63,808 nucleotides of DNA, filler included, from Octopus bimaculoides (GCF_001194135.2; 6 parts of 6 records of this genome joined end to end with filler, not necessarily neighbours in it), one strand, 5' to 3'. Shown: positions 50,470 to 62,559, numbered from the whole stretch's first letter. The notes: generated by a model from the letters alone, not told the origin. Numbers and translations: made by a program.

Positions 50470-51554
50470 GCAATGCACTCTCTCTCTCTCTCTCTCTCTC
50501 TCTTGATCTCTTTATCTCTGTCTGTACAAGTTTCTCACACACACTCCATTCCTTTACAAACTTTCAGAGAGTTGTTTTAGCAAATTCAGCCTAAAATCCA
50601 AAAAAAAAAAAATAATCCAAAAAAAAAAGAAAAGAAAAAGATAACAGTAAAGCAGAGAAATGAGGTGAAGAAGGAGGGTTTAATAATCTCCATTCTCAAC
50701 ATTAATTTTATCTCCAAACTTGAAGTAAAATGCTACAGAACTTGATGCAAAATCCACTGACCCAAACATGTAAATTAATGAACCAACTGAAAAAGTGGCC
50801 ATCTTGCCAGAAACCAACCAATGAAAAACCATTTTGTTAGGCTGTTTTCTTAGGCTAATGCATTTGTCTGTTTGTCTATCTGTCTGTTTGTCTTTTGATA
50901 GTCAATCAGTGTTGGCTGAAGTTTCCTACAGGAATCACATCTATTGTCTCTGCTTAGTTTGTTTCTCGTGTCAATGATTAAATGATAATCCACTCATTGT
51001 ATAACTATCACATGTATGTGTGCATGATTCTATGTGTATGTATGTAGGCATGTATGTATGTGTGTATATATGTGTATGTGCATATGTGTACATACACATA
51101 TATATATCTGAATATATNNNNNNNNNNNNNNNNNNNNNNNNNNNNNNNNNNNNNNNNNNNNNNNNNNNNNNNNNNNNNNNNNNNNNNNNNNNNNNNNNNN
51201 NNNNNNNNNNNNNNNNNNNNNNNNNNNNNNNNNNNNNNNNNNNNNNNNNNNNNNNNNNNNNNNNNNNNNNNNNNNNNNNNNNNNNNNNNNNNNNNNNNNN
51301 NNNNNNNNNNNNNNNNNNNNNNNNNNNNNNNNNNNNNNNNNNNNNNNNNNNNNNNNNNNNNNNNNNNNNNNNNNNNNNNNNNNNNNNNNNNNNNNNNNNN
51401 NNNNNNNNNNNNNNNNNNNNNNNNNNNNNNNNNNNNNNNNNNNNNNNNNNNNNNNNNNNNNNNNNNNNNNNNNNNNNNNNNNNNNNNNNNNNNNNNNNNN
51501 NNNNNNNNNNNNNNNNNNNNNNNNNNNNNNNNNNNNNNNNNNNNNNNNNNNNGT

Positions 51555-51742
51555 TTTGGTCATGTGACCCACGGACATGTGGGAGCAACACTTTTAGTTA
51601 CAGAAATCAACTACAGGATTCATTCTTTGTAAGCCTAGTGCTTATTCTTTTGGAGTGTTTTGCCAAACGGCTAAGTTACAGGGACATAAACACTGCAACA
51701 TCGATTCTCAAGTGATGGTGGGGGTACAAATACAGACACACA
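51555..51742 (-). mobile_element. OK-type SINE, 3' half
   Basis: ggtcatgtgac..ttcattctttgtaagcctagtgcttattc..gctaagttacagggacataaacac. Confidence 0.75.
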
Positions 51743-51745
51743 AAC

Positions 51746-51785
<40 letters not shown>

Positions 51786-51992
51786 GCACACACACACATA
51801 CACACACACACATATATATATATATACATAGTATATTTGCCACTTAAATGCAGCTAACCACTAAGGGTGAATGCTACTGTAGCTTGTAGTCCCAGGAGAA
51901 CACCTTCTCCAGCTGGTTATTGACACACTTTCTGTGCCCTATCAGTTTTTGCAAAGGGAAGTCATCCTTCCCATCGTCGACCTGACATGATA

Positions 51993-52037
51993 TGCATGGA
52001 CCCGAGTTTCTGGGTATTTACCCTTCGTCAGCGCACA
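51993..52037 (-). ncRNA. Minimal type-I hammerhead ribozyme, core intact, stems decayed
   Basis: 5'-TGTGCG CTGACGA a GGGT-aaat-ACCC a GAAA CTCGGG TC^ CATGCA-3'. Stem I restores to TGCGCG/CGCGCA on undoing three CpG decays. Confidence 0.75.
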
Positions 52038-52229
52038 ACAATCACCGGTCTTCAATGTGAAGGGGTCCCAATGCAAATACATATATATCCTTTTTCCAGT
52101 GAAGAAAAGTCACTGATCTTGAAAAAGTGTAAACAAGCAATAATAAATCTCTGAACAAGGTATAAACTGGAAAAAGGATATATATGTATTTGCATTGGGA
52201 CTCCTTCACATCGAAGACCGGTGATTGTT
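52037..52229. repeat. Fold-back: 64-bp inverted arms (2 mismatches) abutting the hammerhead
   Basis: 52037-52100 vs reverse complement of 52166-52229. Confidence 0.92.
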
Positions 52230-52658
52230 TTTTAGATTTCAACTATGTATGTGTGTGTGTGTATGTGTGTGTATAAATATGACTGGCCTCTTTCAGATTT
52301 NNNNNNNNNNNNNNNNNNNNNNNNNNNNNNNNNNNNNNNNNNNNNNNNNNNNNNNNNNNNNNNNNNNNNNNNNNNNNNNNNNNNNNNNNNNNNNNNNNNN
52401 NNNNNNNNNNNNNNNNNNNNNNNNNNNNNNNNNNNNNNNNNNNNNNNNNNNNNNNNNNNNNNNNNNNNNNNNNNNNNNNNNNNNNNNNNNNNNNNNNNNN
52501 NNNNNNNNNNNNNNNNNNNNNNNNNNNNNNNNNNNNNNNNNNNNNNNNNNNNNNNNNNNNNNNNNNNNNNNNNNNNNNNNNNNNNNNNNNNNNNNNNNNN
52601 NNNNNNNNNNNNNNNNNNNNNNNNNNNNNNNNNNNNNNNNNNNNNNNNNNNNNNNNNN

Positions 52659-52701
<43 letters not shown>

Positions 52702-53254
52702 GTATATTCATTATTTGTTTTATTAGTTACAGTGTTAGGGTTATGGTCATACTGGAACATGTGTGTGTGTGTGTGCATGCATATATGTGTGTGGGTACAT
52801 GTACATAATATTTTTGTTGACAGTGACTTTGAAGTTTTGCCAACTATACATCTTATTTAACAGCATCAACAAGCTAAATACTTGGCAAAATTTCCAAGTC
52901 AATGTCAACAAGATTATAATAAATATTAGACTATACACCTGTATTGAGTTCTTTTGTAGTCAATGTCTGTTGTGTTTATCGGTTAAAAAAAAAGCATACA
53001 TGTTGAACTCTGTGTGTTTGCATGTGTGTGTGTGTGTATGTGTGTGAAAGTGTGCATGTGTGGCTTTCCTTTATTTTATAGACACCATAATTTATATGAA
53101 GGCAAATATAATAATGATTAAAATATGGATTTGGCATGTTTCTTACTATGCCTACTGGTTTATAATAGAAACATAATCGAAGTATGTGTGTGTATATATG
53201 TACATATGTACATACATATATATATATATATGTGTGTGTGTATGTGTGTATGTG

Positions 53255-53288
<34 letters not shown>

Positions 53289-53924
53289 TNNNNNNNNNNN
53301 NNNNNNNNNNNNNNNNNNNNNNNNNNNNNNNNNTTAATTAATTAANNNNNNNNNNNNNNNNNNNNNNNNNNNNNNNNNNNNNNNNNNNNCTGACATACAT
53401 CCCAATATATATTCAAAATTTCAAGTTCCATTTTGTGGATATATATACGTTGTGTGTCAGTATATGTGTGTGTAATTTCGCGAATTTTTTCTCCTTGTTT
53501 TTTTCACATTAAATTTCGATATAATTGTAATCTATACCTTCTGAGAAGTATTTGTAGAAAATTTTATTAAAATTATACACATTTTTCATGAAGTTATCAG
53601 GAAACAAAGTCGGGGACAAAATTGTGTGGGTCTGCCGTTTTATGCACCTTTGAGTTCTTAAACACCCTCTGTAACATGCTGGTTGGTACCATAACATAGT
53701 TACAAGGTGTCCGGTATTGTTCCTCCAACCGTATGAACTCTTAGCCAGGCAATTTCAGGACAGGAAACCTGGAGGTTCTAGCCATAAACGATGCTTCACT
53801 TTCAATATATTCACACAGAATATTATTTCATTGTAAACAATCGTGTAACTGTTAGGAGATATGATAGTGAGGATGGGTAATTAAAAATCGTACATGAAAT
53901 ATTCCTTTCTACTATAAGAGAAAG

Positions 53925-54098
53925 GCTTGAAATTTGTTGGAGTGAGTAGTCGATCATATTCACCCCTAAGTTAGACTGGTACTTATATCATCAACAACAA
54001 ATGGATCAAGGGAACCGTCGATCGCGGTGGAATTTGAACTCAGATTGCAAAGGTGGACGAAATGCTGCCGGCGTGCTAACGAATCTGCCGCTCGCTAT
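53925..54098 (-). mobile_element. OR-type SINE (diverged)
   Basis: agtcgatcatatt..ctggtactt..gtcgatcgcggtggaatttgaactcag..gctaacgaatctgcc. Confidence 0.75.
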
Positions 54099-56819
54099 CT
54101 AATAAACACGGATAATGGTTACTTAAAATAGATGTAGAGATTAGGGTTATAAACTCGGTGTTTAAATAAAACACATGTTTGCTGCTATTAAAATGTCTGA
54201 TATTTTCTTGATTTATCGATTATAATGAAGGCAAAATTCTGTTTGCCTGCAGCCCGTCTACCTCGGTCTACATTTGTTCTACATAGAGAAATTATAACTT
54301 TTTGGAATGAGAATGATCTCGGGATTGAAAATCTGCCCTTCATGTGGTTCTTGAACATCCAGTATTGAGATTTGATTCAAAAGCATTTGTGTTGTAACTT
54401 CTACCAGGTAAAGCTTAGCTTATTCACGCCATCTTGTTTGGCGTTTCTCAGATGACGTCAGAGATGAAGGGGAAATAAATTACATTCGCTTCATTAATTT
54501 TACTTCTCGATCCGAACGTTGGGACAAATTGGCCAACAGCTGGAATTCAACCTGGAACTGGAACAATAGAATGATTGCATTAGAGAATTAATTCTCATCC
54601 ATCCATTAACGTCTGATCAAACATAAGCGTGGCGTATAATCATTATAGACACATTATAGTTATGCCATTTAGCTCTTTAGTTTTGTGCCACAGGCCCGAT
54701 TAGTCCTTCCAAGGAACCAGTCCAAAAGTCGGCATGGAGTGCGGCTTTTAATCTAGTCTCTAATAAAGTAAAGTAGTTGTTTCATTAATTGTCCGATAAT
54801 TTTCATATATTCACGATAGCTGCAAACGCAATTTGACAATACGGCTTTGGTTATAAGTGTAAAATGTGAGACTAAGAATGCTGTTTATGTGCAACATCTC
54901 TCTCTCTCTCTCTCTCTCTCTCTTTGTTTCTCTCTCTCTCACACACATACACATGCACATACACACGCATACACGCATACACACACACATACACACACAA
55001 ACGCGCACACAAACAAACGCAAACTTGCTTGTGGGCTTTCTTGAAGGTACTTTTGTCCATAAACTTCAGTTCATCTACATTGGCTGATGTTTCTTCCTTT
55101 CTTCCACTCGTATCATCCCTTAAACACTGAGGTAGGTACCTTTGGTATTTAAACTATTCAAAATGAGTGATATGAAACCACTTTCTGTCCCAGTAAGATA
55201 AAAACTCATCCCTTTGATTGTAAATTCAACCGTTCTCTTTTCTTTAATACCCTTTCTAAAGTAGTTGATACTAAATTTATTTATGTAGTGAGCGAGATTT
55301 GACTGCTATTTCTAGCAGAACTAGTTGACAATTTGTGAACCTCCAGTTGGACAAATTATATAATCAAGAGGAATCCACACGAGATACTGAAGAGAAAATG
55401 CTTAGAAATTTTTGTTAGTTCCCCGCTACGTCCGTGTGTTAATATAAAGTGAGGATGTTTGCTGTAGTAAGTTAAGGTTGAGATGATTAATGTCAAGTGT
55501 TGTAGAGAATGAACACGTGATTATGTTTAGAACCTTTGTACGTTTCCCGCTACATCCATGTGTTGATGTCACGGGACAGTATATTTTGTGCCGAAAATTA
55601 AGGCCGAAAAGGTTGAGTGAACATATTTAGTTACAATCAAGGCACTCGAAATTTAATCTGCCAGGTGGGAGAGTGGACAGGAGTCGTTTGTATGTAGTCT
55701 AGTGGCTAAAGTTTAGGTTTAGGTTAATTCAAGAGTTTGAATTACGGAAAAATATGGATAAGTACTGTTTTTACTTTGCTAAACGATTTTCTACTATTTG
55801 AAAATATGTATTCTTGTTTTTTATATTATTATTCATTTGGTTTTTTTAAAAGATTATTTTTAATAGATAACTTATTTAACACTAAAGTATTTAGAAGTTA
55901 GCGTATCATTTCTCCATAATATTAGACTTTGATTTGAATAGTTTTGATATATTTTCGATTATTTTTGATTAATAATATTTGATTAATAATTAGTCTTTAT
56001 TGTTTATAATATCGTTAAAGGTTTTTTTTATTAAAACTTAGTATATATAAAGTTTAATCTTTTATTATTAATAATTTTTTTCATTCTTAATTTTTTCATT
56101 CATAATTTTTCATTCATATTTTTATTTTTATTTCTACGTTTGTAGAAATAAGTATTCTTGTATTTTTCTATTATTCAATTGATTTTTAATGATAATTTAA
56201 TAAACGTTTTTGTTTTAAATAGTATAGCTTTAACTATTATACCGGTTAAATATGTACTAATTTTATCTTTATTNNNNNNNNNNNNNNNNNNNNNNNNNNN
56301 NNNNNNNNNNNNNNNNNNNNNNNNNNNNNNNNNNNNNNNNNNNNNNNNNNNNNNNNNNNNNNNNNNNNNNNNNNNNNNNNNNNNNNNNNNNNNNNNNNNN
56401 NNNNNNNNNNNNNNNNNNNNNNNNNNNNNNNNNNNNNNNNNNNNNNNNNNNNNNNNNNNNNNNNNNNNNNNNNNNNNNNNNNNNNNNNNNNNNNNNNNNN
56501 NNNNNNNNNNNNNNNNNNNNNNNNNNNNNNNNNNNNNNNNNNNNNNNNNNNNNNNNNNNNNNNNNNNNNNNNNNNNNNNNNNNNNNNNNNNNNNNNNNNN
56601 NNNNNNNNNNNNNNNNNNNNNNNNNNNNNNNNNNNNNNNNNNNNNNNNNNNNNNNNNNNNNNNNNNNNNNNNNNNNNNNNNNNNNNNNNNNNNNNNNNNN
56701 NNNNNNNNNNNNNNNNNNNNNNNNNNNNNNNNNNNNNNNNNNNNNNNNNNNNNNNNNNNNNNNNNNNNNNNNNNNNNNNNNNNNNNNNNNNNNNNNNNNN
56801 NNNNNNNNNNNNNNNNNNN

Positions 56820-56866
<47 letters not shown>

Positions 56867-56934
56867 GTGTATATATAGTTTTGTATATATAAAGAGATAT
56901 ATATAGTTATGTACATATATATACATTGATACTT

Positions 56935-59900
56935 TGATAACTTAATAGCACCACCTGGCGAAGTCATTCAAATCAGGAATCGGACATGGGCCACTCGAGA
57001 AGAGAGTTATTATTTACTAAGACATATCAGGATTTCTTGAAGGAATTTGTCCAAAGTATTCTTGAACTATATGGGGTCTGTTTTTACTTTAATATGTTTT
57101 AGTGTAATGTTAAAGAGAGCAGGGCTAGTTGAGGTGAAATAATTGTGCCGTATTGTTGTTATGTGATGCGAGTATGATTTATGTTGTATGCGGATAGCAC
57201 AGGGCCCAAGTCTTGGGTGTATTTTAAAGGTGATGCCAACATCATTTGGGCAATGCTGATGAAATATTTTCCACATCATGTAGATGATGCAGCGCTCAGG
57301 GCAGCGTTGGAGAGAATAAAGCCTAAGCTTTTCTAGTCGACTCCAATAGTCAAAGCCTGTCAAGCCATCTATCTTTTTTGTAATTGACCTTTGAGGTGCT
57401 TCAAATTTATGATACTTTATTTTGTGTGGGGAGACCACAGCGAACAACGGTATTCAAGATGGGGTCGGGCAAAAGTAGAGGAGAGAAGGATAATGGTGTG
57501 GATATCTCTCGACTGGAAAGTTCTGAGAATCCAGGAACACATTCTGCGGGCCATGTCAACTTTTCTGTTTATATGAGCGCCCCAGCTTATGTTGTCCACA
57601 ATTACTCCCAGGCCTCTGATGTTGGATGCCACGAGAGTTTCACTTGAAGGAAGGGAGTATGGGAGTTTCAAGGTATTCTCTTTTCCGAAGTGGATTAACT
57701 CAAATTTGTCCTCGTTCAGCAGCATATCATTCTTTTCCGCCCATTGGATGACAGCCAGTAGATCTGACTGAAGACATGTCCGGTCACCCACTTCATTGAT
57801 GACCTTCTGGATCTTGGAATCATTTGCAAAGATTTTTATGTTGCTGTGCTTGATTATGTCAGTAATGTCATTGATGTAGATGATGAAAAGAAGCAGGGCC
57901 AACATAGTACCTTGTAGAACACTACTACTGACTTTGACTGGGCTTGATTTTACTCCTTCGACTACAGCGTGTTGGGTTCTGTCTCTCGGGAAACATTTGA
58001 TCCATTTTAGTAACTTTCCAGAGACACCAATGTTGGATAGTTTTTTCAAGAGAAACTTATGATCAACCCTGTCAAAGGCCTAGCTAAAATCAAGGTAGAT
58101 GACATCGGTGTTGGGGCCCTTTCCTAAAGCTCTCAAAATGTCATCAAAGTAATGCAGGAGTTGCGTTAGGCAGTTCCTTCCGTTACGGAACCCATGTTGG
58201 TTGGGGTTCAGCAATTTGTTGCTTTCAAGAAAGTGAGTTATTCGTGATCTCACCACCCTCTCAAATACCTTGATGATATGAAAGGTGAGCGAGATCGGCC
58301 GGTAGTTCACTGCAAGGGATTTGTTTCCCTTTTTGAAAACCGGGACAACAGACTGGGACAGAAAGTTTTTAGGAATATAGCCAGTATCCAGTGAGTTCCT
58401 CCACAGATTAGGAAGAGGAGATGCAAGTTGGTGTCAACACACTTTCAGGACACAATCAGGGAACCTATTATGGCCTACTGCTGAATTGGGCTTAATTTCG
58501 TTTATTGCCGCTAAGATATCAGGGGCGCCAAACGTTATGTCCGATATAGTGTGTTGAGGATTAACATCACTGATACAGTCCAGATCGGTCATACCAGGAT
58601 TGCTGAAAACAGAGCAGTACTGTTTCTGCAGTATCTCACCCATGGTTTTGGCATTATTTTGGAGAGTGCCATTTTCATCAATTAGAGGGCCAACAGTGGA
58701 GACAGTGACCTTGTGTTTTTTTCGCAAAAGAGAAGATCACTTGGGGTTGATTTTGATTTTCTCAACGGCCCATTTCTCCACAGCTATTCTTTGGTAATTG
58801 ATGATGATCTTCATATATTGCTGGAGGTTATATATTTTTTATTCGAGCAGGGCGATAGCCGTCGAATGTATGTGGTTGTTGGCAGTATTTTAGTTTGTTA
58901 ATTCTTTTCTTCGTTCTTTTTATTTTTCTGATAATAGTTTTTCTATTTTGGGGAATTCTGTACTTAGTTTTCTTCACAGGTCTTGGTGAGGTGTGTTTTG
59001 CTCATATGTTTGTCAGTGTCTACAAATATCTGCCAAGATATTTTGCTGCAGGAGGAGGTGTATGCATGTGTGAAAGACCAGTCAACATGTGATAAGCCGT
59101 TCATGATTGCGTTCCAGTCGGCATCATAGAGATCCATGTTATCAAATGGATGGGTTGGAGAGAGGTCTCTAGGGTTAGCTTTCGGCTGATGGAATCTCAG
59201 GTTACAGAGAACCCTGTCATCATCTGAAAGAAATGATTATACCACTGTAATATTATGTATAGTGTTAGTGTGGTTACTAGACACAAGGTCTAAGATGTTC
59301 TGATATCTTGCTGGTGCAAGGACAAGTCGGGACAAGAAAAACTCATTCATAAAGTCGAGAAGTGACTCTACTGCTTCTTTATCAGCAGTTGAGGTGGGAG
59401 TTCCTGGTTTCAAACTGTTTGTAGACCAATCAATACAGGGTAGATTAAAATCTCTTGTCGTAATTAGTTAAATAGAAAGGCACTGTTGAATAAAGCATTT
59501 AATGCTGTTGAGGCATTCTTTAAAGCGAGGTACGGGTGTTTGAAGTGGCCTATAGAGTCCAACTACTATTAGGTCGTTGGTTTTGTTGTGCACGATGACT
59601 GATTCAGAGTAGCCATTTGGGAATGTGATATTTCCATCTGCCGAAAAGGAATCATACAGGAAAATGACAGTTTCACCCTTCCTTCTGTCGACTCGATCCG
59701 CACGGATCTGCAAAGATCGTTGTGAAATTCCTCACTTTCACGTCGGCTTCCAAGTGGGAGTTATCAAGGCGAGTTTCGGTAAGAATGAAGAAAGGAATAT
59801 GGTGTGGATGGTTCTAACCCAATCCTCAATGAACTGGATCTTCCATTTCTGTTCATTGATGGAGGGACTGACACTGTGCATTGAAAAGAAATCTAAAGGC

Positions 59901-59945
59901 TAGCGTAGTGGCGGGTTTTGACTGTTGCAAAGGGCTTTTCTCTGA
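56935..59945 (-). mobile_element. CR1-clade LINE, 5'-truncated, near-complete decayed ORF2 (APE endonuclease + RT)
   Basis: APE pieces (FILTETRL, IRADR, VGLYRP); linker VGPLIDENG; RT NYRPISLT..KVFER..QHGFR..DVIYLDFS*AFDRVDH..LQGT.L..LFIIYINDI..FANDSK; C-terminal RPHLEY..WSP, LYSLQR. Several stops and frameshifts. Confidence 0.95.
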
Positions 59946-60653
59946 TTGTGTGTTAGTGACAGTAATGTGGGGAGATTTTTTGGCATATTTAAAAAATGTA
60001 TTAAAGTGAAAATGACTTTAAAAATATGGTAAACATGTTACCATATTTCACAGGTAAATATTTTACTGTTCGTAACCTCGGTGTGAAATTGTTTTTTACT
60101 AGGTATTTTTCGAGCTCAGTCAACGTATCTCAACTCCAAAGATTTGGCTACTATTTCTAACACGCCCTGCTACCACGTAACAGCTATTTGCGATAAAGGA
60201 CTCGAAATACCTGTCAAGTGGTAGCAGGTCATGCAAGAAATAGCAGCCAAATATTTCCTTCTCTGAAGAAAAGAACCGTTTACGCGTGATTTCGATGTCA
60301 CATTCGTTGAAAGCATGCGAAATAACCTGGAAAAGACAAAAAAAAAAAAAAACGAAACAAAACTCCGTTGCTGGAAAACTCAGAATTTCCCGGTGACCGA
60401 ACGGATCACGGGTAGTCTAGTATATATATATAAATACTTATAAAGATTTTATCCTATGTTTAAATTGTAAATTTAACCGGAATATATTCAGTGCTGAATT
60501 TTATTCTGAATAAACACGTGTACTGAGATGCAATTCGAAAAGCCCGCCTCTTACATAGATATATAGGTGTAAACAATTTCTATGTTCTATGATGGATACA
60601 TGTGGTGTTCGTCTGGTATGTTGATTTTGTTTATTTTTATATGTCTTGACTAT

Positions 60654-60716
60654 GCTTGCACTGACGAGGAAAATGTGCATCTCCTGCACTAATTACGAAA
60701 TCATATGATATGCAGC
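60654..60716 (+). ncRNA. Type-I hammerhead ribozyme with longer stem II, core intact
   Basis: 5'-GCtTGCA CTGACGA G gaaaat GTGCA-tctcc-TGCAC taatta C GAAA TCATATGA TA^ TGCAGC-3'. Perfect 10-nt palindrome ATCATATGAT as stem III. Confidence 0.7.
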
Positions 60717-61119
60717 TGAGTCTGATTTTAGGAGGCTCGCTTCGAGAGTTGCATTCCCTCGCGTTCGGTACAATGTGTTTTGTTATGGTAGTATTGACTT
60801 GAAGAGTCCCTCCTAGCGTGAGGCATTTATGTATAGTAATGCCCTTAATGTTTGTCTTCGTCGATTGTTTGCTCTGTATGTCCACTCTGTTGTTTGTTCG
60901 TTTGAAGCCCTAACTCTCCACGAATTTTATATTTCTAAAATTTTTGTATGCTGCTGTCTTATGAAGTTTTCCTATCTTGTCGTAGAAAGCACGAAATAGG
61001 GAATAGTAAAACAGTCGACAACTGACGAGGTGTTATCTTCTTTTGGTATTTTGTCCTGTACTTATTTCTCGTGTGTTTACGTATCTTTTACTCGTTGGTG
61101 ATGTACTGTACTTAATGTG

Positions 61120-61162
<43 letters not shown>

Positions 61163-61663
61163 NNNNNNNNNNNNNNNNNNNNNNNNNNNNNNNNNNNNNN
61201 NNNNNNNNNNNNNNNNNNNNNNNNNNNNNNNNNNNNNNNNNNNNNNNNNNNNNNNNNNNNNNNNNNNNNNNNNNNNNNNNNNNNNNNNNNNNNNNNNNNN
61301 NNNNNNNNNNNNNNNNNNNNNNNNNNNNNNNNNNNNNNNNNNNNNNNNNNNNNNNNNNNNNNNNNNNNNNNNNNNNNNNNNNNNNNNNNNNNNNNNNNNN
61401 NNNNNNNNNNNNNNNNNNNNNNNNNNNNNNNNNNNNNNNNNNNNNNNNNNNNNNNNNNNNNNNNNNNNNNNNNNNNNNNNNNNNNNNNNNNNNNNNNNNN
61501 NNNNNNNNNNNNNNNNNNNNNNNNNNNNNNNNNNNNNNNNNNNNNNNNNNNNNNNNNNNNNNNNNNNNNNNNNNNNNNNNNNNNNNNNNNNNNNNNNNNN
61601 NNNNNNNNNNNNNNNNNNNNNNNNNNNNNNNNNNNNNNNNACATACATACATACATACATATA

Positions 61664-62402
61664 TGGGTTGTCCGGAAAATTCGTGCCGATTTATAGTAGC
61701 TTACCTTTCGACTTATTTTAGAACATGGTTGAGTCCATAAAATAAGATTTGACTACACCTCCATTTAGAGCACGGTTTAAGCTATTTTTTCGTGGAAGAA
61801 GGTTTATGTTCCTATAACCTGTGTTAATTCTGTAACACTTTAAAATGGAAGATAAGAAAGTTCATTTTAGGCACTTGATGCTTTTCTTTTTCCCGTAATG
61901 GGAAAAATGCCTCACAAGCAACAAAAGAAATATGCGCAGTTTACAGTGATGTTTCTTTATCCGAAAGAACTGTACGGAAGTGGTTCGCAAGGCTCCGAGC
62001 TGGAGATTGTAGCCTTATTGATAAAGAATGATCATGCAGACCATCCACTACAGATGATGACCAAATCAAGTCATTAATTGAGAATAACCCACATTGCACA
62101 ACCCGAGAATTGGCAGAAAGCCTCAACCTATCAAAATCCGTCGTTCATGAGTACTTGGCAAAGCTTGGGTACACAAATCGCTACGATGTTTGGGTACCAC
62201 ATGAGTTGAGTGAGAAGAACCTTTTGGATCACATTTCTATCTGTGATTCGCTTTATAAACGGAATGAAAACGCGCCTTTTTTAAACCAAATTGTGACAGG
62301 TGATGAGAAATGGATTATCTACCGAAATGTTCAGAGAAATCGATCCTGGAGTAAGCGACATGAGCCACTCTTAGCCACCCCAAAAGCGGGTCTTCACCCT
62401 AA
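61664..62402 (+). mobile_element. Mariner element, 5' TIR plus N-terminal half of transposase (ATG 61845); one frameshift, one stop, cut by a gap
   Basis: TA|TGGGTTGTCCGGAAAATTCGTGCCGATTT TIR; MEDKKVHFRH..ERTVRKWFARL..WVPHEL..IVTGDEKW..GLHP. Confidence 0.95.
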
Positions 62403-62502
62403 NNNNNNNNNNNNNNNNNNNNNNNNNNNNNNNNNNNNNNNNNNNNTTAATTAATTAANNNNNNNNNNNNNNNNNNNNNNNNNNNNNNNNNNNNNNNNNN
62501 NN

Positions 62503-62559
<57 letters not shown>

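Noticed and set aside
50690-50840. Minus-strand 50-aa hydrophobic frame, faintly transporter-like
   Set aside because: Weak resemblance and no splice sites.
55380-55420. CTGAAGA..GAAA; also lone CTGACGA at 33725 and 61023
   Set aside because: No supporting stems; chance core matches.
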